Source of the DNA: Octopus bimaculoides
Lineage: Eukaryota
Assembly (NCBI RefSeq): GCF_001194135.2
Contig: NC_068987.1
Coordinates: forward strand, 60,382,919-60,446,918
Length of the DNA stretch: 64,000 nt
Reading direction: 5' to 3'
The notes beneath the pieces were generated by a model that saw nothing but the letters and a program-made list of their open reading frames with translations, searched no databases and was not told the origin of the DNA. The position numbers and the translations under genes were made by a program. Of this stretch, positions 37,088-48,989 are shown piece after piece (positions within the stretch are counted from its first letter, which is position 1; each line of letters starts with the position of its first letter).

Positions 37088-37345
37088 CATGGACATGGTT
37101 ATGTGGTTAAGAAGGTTTCTTTGCAACCTCATGAATTCAGGTTCAATTCCATCATGTAGCACCTTGGGAAAGTGTTTTCGTTTCTATAGCCCCGGAATAA
37201 CCAATGCCTTGTGAGTGAATTTGGTAAACAAAAACTGAGCAGAAGTTCATCGTGTGTGTGTGTCTGTGATTGTGTTTGTCCTATTGCCACGTCATAACTG
37301 GTGTTAGTTTGTTTATGCCCTTGTAATTTAGTGGTTCAGCAAGAG
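37088..37345 (+). mobile_element. SINE A, degenerate
   Basis: GGTTCAATTCC...CACCTTGGGAAAGTGTTT...GCCTTGTGAGTGAATTTGG. Confidence 0.7.
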
Positions 37346-37842
37346 ACCTGATTTATTCAGTTAAAGCCTTCAAGTAGGTACCACCAAAATGCCAAACTTT
37401 CCAATAACCAAAACAACTAAAATGTAAAAGATGGTAGAAAAAAGAAAACATTTCATGATTGCTACAGAATTTTAATTAATTTTTTTTATAGGATACATAC
37501 TTCTTCGACAGACAAGTATTTTGTCTGACATTTTAATGATTCTGTCAGCTTACCACTTTCAGAATATAAATTAACCATTAGTAAATCTGCAGTGATTATA
37601 AATCAATATCTGTATAATGAGGTCATCTTAGCCTTTCATCTCTTCTGAGTCAATAAAAGAAAGTACCAGTCAACTAATGGGATTGATGCAATCAACTCGT
37701 CCCATCCCCTCAAAATTCAACCCCTCAATGGTCTGACATCCCATTCAAGGGGAAATTTGTGATCACGATTATATGCCATGGAAAGTGGGTAACCAGCATT
37801 ATAGGGTCTTAGAGTTTGAGGGAAAAAGTATTACATTAAATA

Positions 37843-38005
37843 TAGACACAGGCATGGCTTAGTGGTAAAAAGCTTGCTTCCCAACCACATGGTTCTGGGT
37901 TCAGTCCCACCATGTGGCACCTTGGGCAAGTGTCTTCTACTATAGCCTCAGGCTGACCAAAGCCTTGTAAGTGACTTTGGTAGATGGAAACTGTAAAAAG
38001 CCTGT
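37843..38005 (+). mobile_element. SINE A 5' half
   Basis: Head through GAAACTGTAAAAAGCCTG, then (TA)n. Confidence 0.85.
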
Positions 38006-38016
38006 TATATATATAT

Positions 38017-38448
38017 AAGGGCCTCTCGCTCAGGGTGAAAGGTAGACTGTATGATGCATGTGTGTGAACTGCCATGCTACACAGCAGTGAAACATGGGCC
38101 ATGACTGTTGAGGACATACATAGGCTTGAAAGAAATGAAGCTAGTATTATCCATTGGATGTGTAATGTCAGTGTGCATGCATGACAGAGTGTAAGCGCCC
38201 TGAGAGAAAAGTTGAGCATAAGAAGCATCAAATGTGGTGTGCAAGAGAGACGACTGTGCTGGTATGGTCATGTGTTAGAAATGGATGAGGACAGCTGTGT
38301 GAGGAAGTGCCACACCATAACTGTGGAAGAGGTAGACCCAGGAAGACATGGGATGAGGTAGTGAAGTATGACCTTCGAACATTGGGCCTCAAAGAAGCAA
38401 TGACAGGAGACCAAGACCTCTGGAGATGTGCTGTTATTGAGAAGACCT
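38017..38448 (+). pseudogene. RTE RT C-terminal fragment, older subfamily
   Basis: KGLSLRVKGRLYDACV*TAMLHSSETWA...ERRLCWYGHVL...GRPRKTWDEVVKYDLRTLGL..DQDLWRCAVIEKT. Confidence 0.88.
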
Positions 38449-38508
38449 ATTTGACCAAAACACTTTTAAACAATTATGTAGAAGTATAACTGTGTATACA
38501 TACATATA

Positions 38509-38548
<40 letters not shown>

Positions 38549-38609
38549 AACATATAAAACGCAAGCACATATACATATACATGCACATATAGTTACATAT
38601 GTGTTTATG

Positions 38610-38691
<82 letters not shown>

Positions 38692-39384
38692 GCAGGGAGA
38701 AAGAGAAAGGGAAAGAGAAAGTGGGGAAAAAGAGAAAAAGGGGAAGAAGAGAGAGAGGGGGGAAAGAGAGAAAAAGTAAGAGAGAAATTAACAGATAGAT
38801 ATGCACATATAAATTTATAGTTAATTTAAAGAAAGGAAACCAATTTATTCTCAATTAATCAATGCTGCAGGCGTATTCGAGATTAATGATGTAAACGTGA
38901 CAATCTTTGCATCCCCACCCTGACCCCCGCCTCTAGTTCAACAATTTGTGAGCCATGACATCTTAGTTGGAAAACATTGATATATAGGTTTATCTTGACA
39001 TATCACAAGAAGTGCTTTTGTGAAGGACAAAGAGACAAGGGACAAGGAGACCGAAATCACAGAAACATGTATATATGTGTGTATGTGTGTGTGCATGCAC
39101 GCACACATGTATAATACATACTCAAGTATATATGTACACATACAAACACACATACACACATACAAACACACATACACACATGCAATTTACGCATGAAGAT
39201 TTGTCTTGATAAATCACAAAATTTACAAGAACTATTTTAATGGCAGGCAAGGGTAGTGGACAGAAAGATTGAAATCACTGGACATCATATATTTGGTGTG
39301 TGTGTGTGTGTGATACATGTAAAATACATATATTTATATATGTACATATATACATATGTATGTGTGTGTATGTAAGTCATTATT

Positions 39385-41226
39385 CAGCTTTATTTCAAGA
39401 TTTCTTGCTGATAGAGAAAGAACCAGTTTCTAACCTAGATCCAAGGCTCTTTCGTTGGAATGTCAGCAAAACCAACAGGGTATTTTTGCATGTATGTATG
39501 TATGTATGTATGTATGTGTGTGTATGTGTGTGTGTGTGTGTATACGTGTAGATTTGTATATTTTGTTTTATGTATCTATTTTCATGCATATAATTGCATG
39601 TCTCTTCTGTTTTTATAAATCTTCCACTAAGGAGGGAGTCGGTTTCCAACAAAAATACAAGGCTCCATCTTTGAGATGTAGTTAATACAGACAAATGAAC
39701 ATTTGGAACTTGAGAAAAGTCTTGCATATTTTTACTGTTCCACTCACAGATTACATTTATAATGTACGAATTAGCCGGCTGGTTTCTCTTTCTGAAAATC
39801 CCAGTTTATCCAGATTCTCCTTTAAGCATTTACTAACAAAACCTAGAGCTCCAATTATTATTGGTATATATATGAATTCATAGTCTGGATACAGAAGCTG
39901 GAGGTTTTGAAACAGTTGTCTATAGACAACTTTGATTTTCCTTTGATGGCATATACCTTTGCTCCTCTGTCCCAAACAACAATATCTGGCCTGTTATGCT
40001 TACTTTTGATAAAAGTTTTGATGGGAATATTTCACCAGTATTCCTTGAGTTGGTGTTTATGAATGTATTTCATAGCAGAGGGATTTTCTAAGTTTATTTC
40101 AGGACAATCTTTTTTGCAGATGGCATTGTAAATTGTTTTAGCAACACCATCATGCTACATAGGGAGACTGTGCGATGTGAGATGAGGGGAATGGCATCCT
40201 TAGTACCACATCACACAGCCAATATAATAAATATATATTGAATAATACATATAAGTGCTAGAGGGAAAAAGAGAAACACAACTGAGTAGAATGTCTAAGA
40301 GAAGATTTATTGATATATTAACATGTGTGACTGTGTGTGCATCATGTTTACAGAATAATAGACCGGCCATCATGAGAACAAGATGTATGTGTGTGTAAGC
40401 ATAGATGTATGCGCGTGTTAGGAACATATAAGAATAGCAATGAAGAAGAAGACAGTGAAAGAATTTATAAAGAGAAGTGAGAAGATTGTTCATAGACACA
40501 AGTAAGATCATTAATACCAGTTTATAGTCATTGGTACACAGTAGTTGAAATACTATATTAAGAAGTTGCAGCCATGATGCTGAGGTAGTTGGAAGTACAT
40601 GTCGTATGTGAAGTTGTGGCTGTGATACTGCTGCCTGGGTCACTTGGTACAAGAGTTCTTACAGGCTGTACATTCACTGTTGATTCATGGTGAAGTAATT
40701 CATGAATAGTGAAGTATTGGAAGCTGGGCAAGTTGCTTGTTGAGTTGTGTGCATAGAGAGATGATGTTGACGACATTAAAAAGATGATAGGGGTAACGAA
40801 GACGGACATTACTGTAATGATGTTGGACGAAGTTGGTAAGTCTCAACGTGGATGCTGTGGTGTTGTCACTGGAACTGGCTGTGTCTTGTGTGGTCAGTGG
40901 CTAAACTATGAAAGGTCTGAAACCAAAGACATATAATGAGGAAAATGATGAGTTTTTATAGGGAGCAGTAGGCTCGAAATGAGTTCAGAAAAAGTTGTTC
41001 ACATGATGCTATCTAAAGCCTCTGACTGGCTATCCACAGTCAGTTGGCACAACAGAGTAGGAGACAAATTGTGCCAATACCAACCAATCGGGGTAGTGGA
41101 CACAATGGGATACAAACAGTGGCCAAAGGCCAGTTGGTCCCTGTTACATTTGAAAGCACATATATATAGAGAGTCTATGCTACAGTAGTACCGTGACAAC
41201 ATTTTAGGACAGCTGCTAATCACATG
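39385..41226 (-). pseudogene. R4/Dong-like LINE 3' fragment split by a 1 kb insertion
   Basis: HVISSCPKMLSRYY (41185-41226) | LPM*HDGVAKTIYNAICKKDCPE...KHNRPDIVVWD...LYPDYEFIYIPIIIGALG...GTVKICKTFLKF, then 3'UTR with (CATA)n. Confidence 0.82.
40160..41184 (-). mobile_element. Non-coding insertion of about 1 kb, probable solo LTR or unclassified element
   Basis: Interrupts the RLE-LINE reading. ATGCTACA direct repeat at 40152-40159 and 41177-41184; alternative termini TGT(40169)...ACA(41184); minus-strand AATAAA at 40306-40311. Confidence 0.5.
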
Positions 41227-41387
41227 TATGATGTTTGTATGTATTGTGTATTATCACTATCATCATCACCACCACTATCATCATCATCCTCATCATCATC
41301 ATCTTACACTCATGATTTTTCTATGTTGGTGTTGAATGGGCTTATCTCACAGAATCCCATCACTACACTGGTTCAAATTATTTACAG

Positions 41388-42395
41388 CAGTGGTTCCCAA
41401 CCCTTTTCAGCCCAGGGACCATTTTTTACTTGAAAAAATTTCTAGAGACCACTTCTACTTTTACTTTATACTGTTCTATTTTCACACTAAGATACTTAAT
41501 GAAAGGACAAAATAGTCTATTTACACTTTAAAATTTGTTTTAGCAAACCAAAGATAAAATTTAAAATTTATTTTAGCAAACCAAAGATAAAATTTAAAAT
41601 TTATTTTAGTGAACAAAGATAAACACAAGATATCAAAAACATTTTTCATAGTCGTTCTTTTTCAGTCCATTCAGCTAGTGACTAGCTTGATATTGGTGTT
41701 TCTGACACAAGATATCATAATCAATTTTAATGAACTTATTTTAGTCTTAGTCTAATAGTTCCTCTGCTTTTGATATCTAATTTATTTCTTTTTCTACTTA
41801 AAATACAACAGCAGGAAATGCAGATTCCACCATCCATGTGGTAGGGATAGAAATGATGCTTGCTTCTACATGTTGAAAAATATTTGGGTGTGATTCCTTT
41901 ATTGATATGTAGGCAAAGACACCTTCTTTTCAACTCTTCTTCTCAGTTTCATATTCTCTTTCAAATCCAACAACATTTCAGCCAACTCAAAATTTTCATC
42001 TCCTGGCCCATAATTTTCTAGGTCTACAAACCAGAGTGGATAATCTATCTTTAATAAATTATTGTATCTTCTCTCAAAGTCTACATGAAGACCTTCAAGA
42101 TGGGTAATGCATGCAGCAATGCATTCTGGTGTAGGAACAGTGATGTTAACGTTTTGAAATGATGCCAAATTTCTTTTTTCAAACTGTTTTTTCTAAAATT
42201 TTAATTTCCCCATATACCTTTTTACCTTCTGAGAACAGGTGACCAATTCTGATTTTCTACCTTGCAGCTCTAAGTTAAGCAGATTCGTTGTTTTAGAAAT
42301 ATCACTCAAGTGGAATATTTTTGATTTAAACTCAGAAAGTCTTTCCAAAATTTTCTTAGCTGTATCAGCTTGCTTTCTCGTTGTGCTACCAGTAA
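41388..42395 (-). mobile_element. hAT (Charlie/Buster-like) transposon 3' part with transposase relic
   Basis: Terminus CAGTGGTTCCCAACC at 41388; peptides LSDI..TNLLNLELQG, HLEGLHVDFERRY, and hATC-like PTTWMVESAF..RKRNKLDIKSRGTIRLRL...HQYQASH*; 33-bp subterminal tandem repeat at 41538-41622. Confidence 0.8.
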
Positions 42396-42412
42396 GACAC
42401 ATGTGCGTTGTA

Positions 42413-42451
<39 letters not shown>

Positions 42452-42718
42452 ATGTGCGTGTGCATGTGTGTGCATGCAGGTAAGGTTAATACTGTGCCAT
42501 GACACCATGTGGATTGCTTTCCTCATTGATAGGCCATTGGTATGAGGAATCATAGCTTGTTATGTTAAGGCTTTTAATTTAGATGGTGGAATTTAGGATG
42601 TTTCTTTAGTGTTGTGGTTAGCACTTCTGTATGGCTTATAGCAAATGTAAAGGTCATTTCTCATATGTGATGTAAAATTTTTTTCTTTCTCCTCTATCTC
42701 TCTCAATATATATTTGAG

Positions 42719-43035
42719 CTGCAGGAGTGACTGTGTGGTAAGAAGCTTGTTTCTTGCATCCATCTTTGTAATGCCTTTATGGCAAATTTTATGAAATAAA
42801 GAAGCTTGCTTCCCAATCACATAGTTCCAGGTTCAGTCCTACTGCATGCCACATTGGGCAAGTGTCTTCTACTATACCCTCAGGCTGGCAAGCTGGAGAG
42901 CTGTACCAGGTTACAGGATGATTTGACTCAGTTTCTACAGTTAGATGTGCTTCCTATAAATAATCACCTTACAGAGTGTGCTGGGTGTTTTGTTAAAAGT
43001 ACCTGCATGGGCACTATGTACAGGACTGGCACGGG
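42719..43035 (+). mobile_element. Chimera: SINE A head (with 49-bp insertion) joined to an antisense RTE 3'UTR piece
   Basis: Head to CTACTATACCCTCAGGC, then GGCAAGCTGGAGAGCTGTACCAGG...TTTCTACAGTTAGATG. Confidence 0.65.
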
Positions 43036-43049
43036 TACTTTTTAGATAG

Positions 43050-43142
<93 letters not shown>

Positions 43143-44159
43143 TAGATAGAGAGAGAGATAGAGAGATAGACTGACAGACAGCCAGACAGGTAGGTAGGTA
43201 ATAGATAGATAGATAGATAGATAGATAGACAAACAGACAGGCATGCAGACAGATAAATATAAATATATATATATATATGTACATATATACATAATATATT
43301 ATGTATATAGCCTTTGTGTAGATATACACACACACATTTGTATCTGTGTATGTTTGAATCACATACACATGTTTATATCAGTGTTTGACTCAATGTGATT
43401 TCACAGAAACACTGTTGCGCAGTGACAACACTGTTTATGCAAAGCATAAACAATGTCACCGCCGTGTTGTTCAGCAGATCTCCTTACAGAAAAATGGAAT
43501 AAATTACCTTAACTGAAATCAAATAAAAGATGGTCTCATGAAGAGCTTTGGCTCTAGAATACTACTGGAAGAAGTTTCATTCTGTCCAAGCCAGCATGGA
43601 ATAAGTGGATGTAAAAATAATGTTGATGATCATGATTATGATAATAATCATGATGACAATAATGATGTCACCTGAAGATTGTGAACAAAAATTCCAAGTA
43701 ACAACTCAAGCATATACAACTTTCAATAAATATATTGATTACTTTATCTGCTGCATTGCCATTCACACCAGTATGAAAGCAGAATAGTGTTTGTGAGAGA
43801 AAGATAGGCGGAGGAAGGGAAGTGAATGAATACAGCAAGAGCAGTGACAAACAGAGAAATGGTGGTGAGGGAAATGGAGGACAAATGCAGTAAGAACATC
43901 CTAGAAATCCAAGACTACCCACCTTGGTGTTCTTTTGACCAGGCTTGCACGAGGGTGTCAGATTTTTTTTTCTCACACTGTATGTCACCAATTATTGTGG
44001 ACCTTTGTCATGCATATCTGTTGTAAGGTTCAACATTTTGGTATTGTGGTTAGCGCTTCTGTACTGTTTACAACAAATGCAAGGATCGTCTCTAATAGGT
44101 GATGTAATAATTTTTTTTTTCCATCTCCACCATCTCTCTCATGGTACATCTTTTATTTT

Positions 44160-44470
44160 TTTACTAGTTCCAGTCATTAGACTGCAACCATGCTGGGGCA
44201 CTGTCTTACATTTTTAGTCAAATGTATCAACCCCGGTACTTAATTTTTAAGTCTGGTACTTATTCTATTGGTCTCTTTCGCAGAACTGTTAAGTTACGGG
44301 ATGCAAAGATACCAACACCGGTTGTCAAGTGGTGATGGATGACAAAGACATACACAAGGACTCATAAACACACGTGTGCACACACACACACATACAGTGA
44401 GCTTCTTTCAGTTTCTGTCTACCAAGTCCACTCGTAAGACTTTGGTCAGCCCAAACAAGACACAAGGTGC
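44160..44470 (-). mobile_element. SINE A, degenerate
   Basis: CAGTCATTAGACTGCAACCATGCTGG...GCTTCTTTCAGTTTCTGTCTACCAAG. Confidence 0.7.
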
Positions 44471-44510
44471 TTCATAACCACAACCACAGGCATACCTTTA
44501 CTTATATCCA

Positions 44511-44549
<39 letters not shown>

Positions 44550-45252
44550 TATATAATATCTATATACAAAATTAAAAACAAAGTTTGGAGGTATGAAAGG
44601 TGAATATATATTTATTTAACCATGTAACTTCCATAAGATTACAGCTGTTTCACAACCTTCTTTATTTGGTACTAAGAAGGATACAAAACAGCTGTAATCC
44701 TATGAAAGTCAGATGGTTAAATAAACATATATATACATATACATATATATATATATATATANNNNNNNNNNNNNNNNNNNNNNNNNNNNNNNNNNNNNNN
44801 NNNNNNNNNNNNNNNNNNNNNNNNNNNNNNNNNNNNNNNNNNNNNNNNNNNNNNNNNNNNNNNNNNNNNNNNNNNNNNNNNNNNNNNNNNNNNNNNNNNN
44901 NNNNNNNNNNNNNNNNNNNNNNNNNNNNNNNNNNNNNNNNNNNNNNNNNNNNNNNNNNNNNNNNNNNNNNNNNNNNNNNNNNNNNNNNNNNNNNNNNNNN
45001 NNNNNNNNNNNNNNNNNNNNNNNNNNNNNNNNNNNNNNNNNNNNNNNNNNNNNNNNNNNNNNNNNNNNNNNNNNNNNNNNNNNNNNNNNNNNNNNNNNNN
45101 NNNNNNNNNNNNNNNNNNNNNNNNNNNNNNNNNNNNNNNNNNNNNNNNNNNNNNNNNNNNNNNNNNNNNNNNNNNNNNNNNNNNNNNNNNNNNNNNNNNN
45201 NNNNNNNNNNNNNNNNNNNNNNNNNNNNNNNNNNNNNNNNNNNNNNNNNNNN

Positions 45253-45284
<32 letters not shown>

Positions 45285-45359
45285 ACCTCCAACCTTCATA
45301 GTTTTATATACTCATTATGAAATAAATTCAGTGATCAGATTTTCTAGATTTTTCAGTTA

Positions 45360-45650
45360 CATGGACACTCGACTGCTTCGTCACTTGATGTTGTGGGATC
45401 TTCCCCTTCTCTAAGAGATGTCCAGTCTGAGTGCTTCATACATTTTTAAGCAGCTTTCATCATTGACATGCATCCCATAACCATTCCAAGGCAGTTTTCT
45501 CTTTTATGCATACTACATCTGCTTTCTCTTATGCACAACCTTTTCCTCAGGTTATTTGCACTCTAGCATTCATGTAGCATTGCACTTTGTACCAAAGCAC
45601 TTTCAATCTACCTTCTACTCTAAGGGAGAAGCCCTTTCTCCCTTTTCTTA
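45360..45650 (-). pseudogene. Highly degenerate RTE RT C-terminal fragment
   Basis: KGFSLRVEGRL..., LRKRLCIR, DESCLK. Confidence 0.55.
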
Positions 45651-45826
45651 CTCTCACTACTACTATGCTTTAAGTGAGCACCTACCCCACTGTTAGGGAG
45701 CCATTTAATTACACCATATATATNNNNNNNNNNNNNNNNNNNNNNNNNNNNNNNNNNNNNNNNNNNNNNNNNNNNNNNNNNNNNNNNNNNNATATATATA
45801 TATATACATATACATATATATACATA

Positions 45827-45863
<37 letters not shown>

Positions 45864-46354
45864 GAGAGCTAGATAGATGGGTAGGCAGATATACATATAT
45901 ATGTATAAATGTATGAATATATGCATGTGTGTATATACATATATATATGTGTGTGTGCTTGTGCGCACGCACACACACACTCACATGCACACGCGCGCAC
46001 ATGCACATGCACACACTCATACATACATACGTATATACACATTGGCTAATTGCTCTTATCTCACCAAGACTAAAAGGAAACATAATTACATCTACTATAA
46101 GGAATCTTGTGTTTAAACTAAGATTGCAAATTAATGCTTGTAACAACCTAGCTGAAGATAATATTAACTGCCTCTACATGTAAAGAGAGTCAATGCCTTG
46201 TAGATAATGAAATGTTTTGGACTGAGTGCAGAATGAAATTGAAGCATAAACATTCCCTCTCAACAGATTGCCATTTAGAATAATTAAAAGCATAACTGGC
46301 AAATGTCTGACCGAATACCAAGTTGTGTTTGCGTATATACTTTCATGTCTTGTG

Positions 46355-46632
46355 GGCTTGTGGGTGCTGGTGCAATGTAAAAAGCACTGGTACCAATGTA
46401 AAAAGCACCCAGTACACTCTGTAAAAAAGTGGTTGCTGTTAGGGAAGGCATCCAGCCATAGAAACCAAGCCAAAACAGACATGGAGCCCACACAGCTCTC
46501 CAGTTGACCAGCTCCGGTCAAACAGTCCAACTCATGCCAGTATGGAAAAATGGATATTAAATGGTGGTGGTAGTGGTGGCGGCAGCGGCGGTGGTGGTGG
46601 TGGCGGCGGTGGCGGCGGCGGTGGTGGTGGTC
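46355..46632 (+). mobile_element. RTE 3'UTR fragment with (GGT/GGC)n tail
   Basis: AAAAAGCACCCAGTACACTCTGTAAA...GGAAGGCATCCAGCCATAGAAACC...CATGCCAGTATGGAAAA. Confidence 0.75.
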
Positions 46633-46984
46633 TAAATGTCAATCCTGGCAGAGTTCATTTTCTCATCTATTCTGGATCAAAAATGATAATACCATGATAC
46701 ATTAACTCTTTAACTGCATAATTACATTTCATGATCATTCCTGTAATGATGTTAATTAGCTACCAAAAAATAGAATTAATGTTTTTTGCTTTTGCTATAC
46801 TTTTTCAGTATATCCTGTAGATATGGCTTTCATATCCACCACTAAAAGTATTTGATTCTATTCTGACACTGTTACAGGAAATTTGTTCATGAGAAAAATA
46901 TTAAAGAAATATCTGAAAAATTGTCTTTTGTAAAAGCGTCACTGGCTATTGAGTGGGGTTTTTTTTAAAGCCATTGGGCTACAT

Positions 46985-47535
46985 AGAAACCAAAGAAAGC
47001 CTGTTGTGTGTATGTGTGTGTGTGTACAGATGTTTATATTCATACGTATGTAAGCATATGTGCCTCCTCATCTTGACCATCACATGACAGTTCAGAACAA
47101 GCATCATTGTCATACATGAGATGTTCATTTTCACGAAAATCACTTTTAGCCATAGGGAAACATTAAGCTGTCAGAAAGGTGGCGAGCTGGCAGAAACGTT
47201 AGCACGCCGGGCGAAATGCTTAACAGTATTTTGTGTGCAGCTACGTTCTGAGTTCAAATTCCGCCAAGGTCGACTTTGCCTTTCATCATTTCGGGGTCGA
47301 TTAAATAAGTACCAGTTATGCACTGGGGTCGATATAATCGACTTAATCCATTTGTCTGTCCTTTTTTGTCCCCTCCGTGTGTAGCCCCTTGTGGGCAGTA
47401 AAGAAATGGGAAACATTAAGCTGTCTGGAAACAGGTAAGGAGTAGTGGCAGGAAAAGTACTGGACCATAGAACATCTACCTCAATGAATTCTGTTTAACC
47501 CATGCAAGGATGGAAAAGCGAATGCATGAACAATG
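46985..47535 (+). mobile_element. SINE head-A remnant + microsatellite + tail F, interrupted by SINE E
   Basis: GAAACCAAAGAAAGCCTGTTG(TG)n, then CTCCTCATCTTGACC...GGAAACAGGTAAGG...CCCATGCAAGGATGGAAAAG. Confidence 0.6.
47178..47407 (+). mobile_element. SINE E (tail E2), young
   Basis: GGTGGCGAGCTGGCAGAAACG...GAGTTCAAATTCC...GGTCGACTTTGCCTTTCATC; 18-bp TSD GGGAAACATTAAGCTGTC at 47155-47172 and 47408-47425. Confidence 0.88.
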
Positions 47536-47775
47536 ATAATGATAACTGAGTCCTTGGGTATTTTTAGCAAAGTTCACTGTGTTATACATTTTAAAATCAT
47601 TTGGCTTCCTTCTTGTCTCCTTTTTTTTTTCTTCAAGTATTACTCTGCAGAATTTCAGACTTATCATCAATGATATCATTCTCACTAGTCTGAGAAGGCC
47701 ACCAAACTTTATGACACTGCCTGTCCTTTCTTAAATAACCTGCAAAAAAGTGCAAGATGAACTGGGTTTGTCAAC

Positions 47776-47930
47776 ATCATCATCATCATTTAATATCCAT
47801 TTTCCATGCTGGCATGAGTCGGATGGCTGACAGGGGCTGGCTAGCTAGAAACCTGCACCAGGCTTCACTATCTGTTTTAGTAGGGTTTTTATGGCTGGAT
47901 GCTCTTCCTAACATCAACCACCTTACACGG
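47776..47930 (-). mobile_element. RTE 3'UTR fragment
   Basis: (CAT)n TTTAATATCCATTTTCCATGCTGGCATG...GGCTGGATGCTCTTCCTAAC. Confidence 0.7.
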
Positions 47931-47954
47931 TGGATCATATAATTAATTAAAAAC

Positions 47955-48277
47955 TGGCACTCTGTCCGTTATGATGATGAGGGTTCCTGTTGATCCAATC
48001 AGCAAAACAGCTTGCTCATGAAATTAATGTGCAAGTGGCTGAGCACTCCACAAACACACTTAACCTTAACATAATTCTCAAGGAGATTCAGCTTGACACA
48101 GAATGTGACAAGGCTGACCCTTTGAAATACAGGTACAACTCATTTTTGCCAGCTGAGTGGACTGGAGCAATATGAAATGAAGCATCTTGCTCAAGGACTT
48201 AATGTCCTACCAGGAATCAAACTCACAACCTTATGATCAGGAACTGAATACCCTAACCACTAAGCCACATGCCTCCA
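47955..48277 (-). mobile_element. SINE head/core C + tail y, full length
   Basis: Head CCCTAACCACTAAGCCACATGCCTCCA, core C and tail y in order. Confidence 0.82.
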
Positions 48278-48989
48278 ATTAATTAATTGTAATGAACTAA
48301 TTATACATGAACATGCATGTAATGAAATCCAACTAAAGATTTATGAAAAAGACTGCCCCCATATATTATCATTGGCATTCTGATTTTGATTCAGCAAACC
48401 AGATGCTTTTTATTATAATTGTAGTTCTCCTAACTTCAAACTTTGGATACAAATTTGGTCACATGATTAAAAATGTTTGCTTTGCAACCAAGCAGTTCTG
48501 GGTTAAAATCCACTGCACAGCACTCTAGGCAAGTGTTTTCTTTTATAGTCTAAGTTATGTTTTGAGAGTGAAGTTTAGTTACCAGGAACTGTACATGTGT
48601 GTGTGTGTGCGCATACATATGCATGTGTGTGTGTGCATGTGCGCGCGTGTGTGTGCATGCGTGTATGCATGTGTGTGTGTACATACATGTGCGTGTGCAT
48701 GCTTATATGTATGTGTGTATTGAAGAAGAATTGTGAATAAATCAGTGTGTTGGATAAAGTTACATTATGATATTTATTTCATCTGTGTTATACACCTCAC
48801 ATCAAGACGGATTATGAAATACATGTCAGGTAAAAATTAAGTACCGGGGTTGATACATTTGACTAAAATAATAATTTTTAAAGGTGTTGCCTCAGCATGG
48901 ATGCAATCCAATCACTAAAAAAGGTAACAGAATGAATGAGCAAAAGGTATTTTTTTCAATGAATAGACAAACCTGTGTGCCATGTCCAA

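Noticed and set aside
38990-39070. Phase-2 exon candidate that would join the 30891 ATG
   Set aside because: The sequence matches an antisense tail-F remnant (GACAAGGAGAC).
40962-40985. GAGC-AGTAG-GCTC-GAAA resembling hammerhead stem II
   Set aside because: No adjacent CTGANGA core or stem I.
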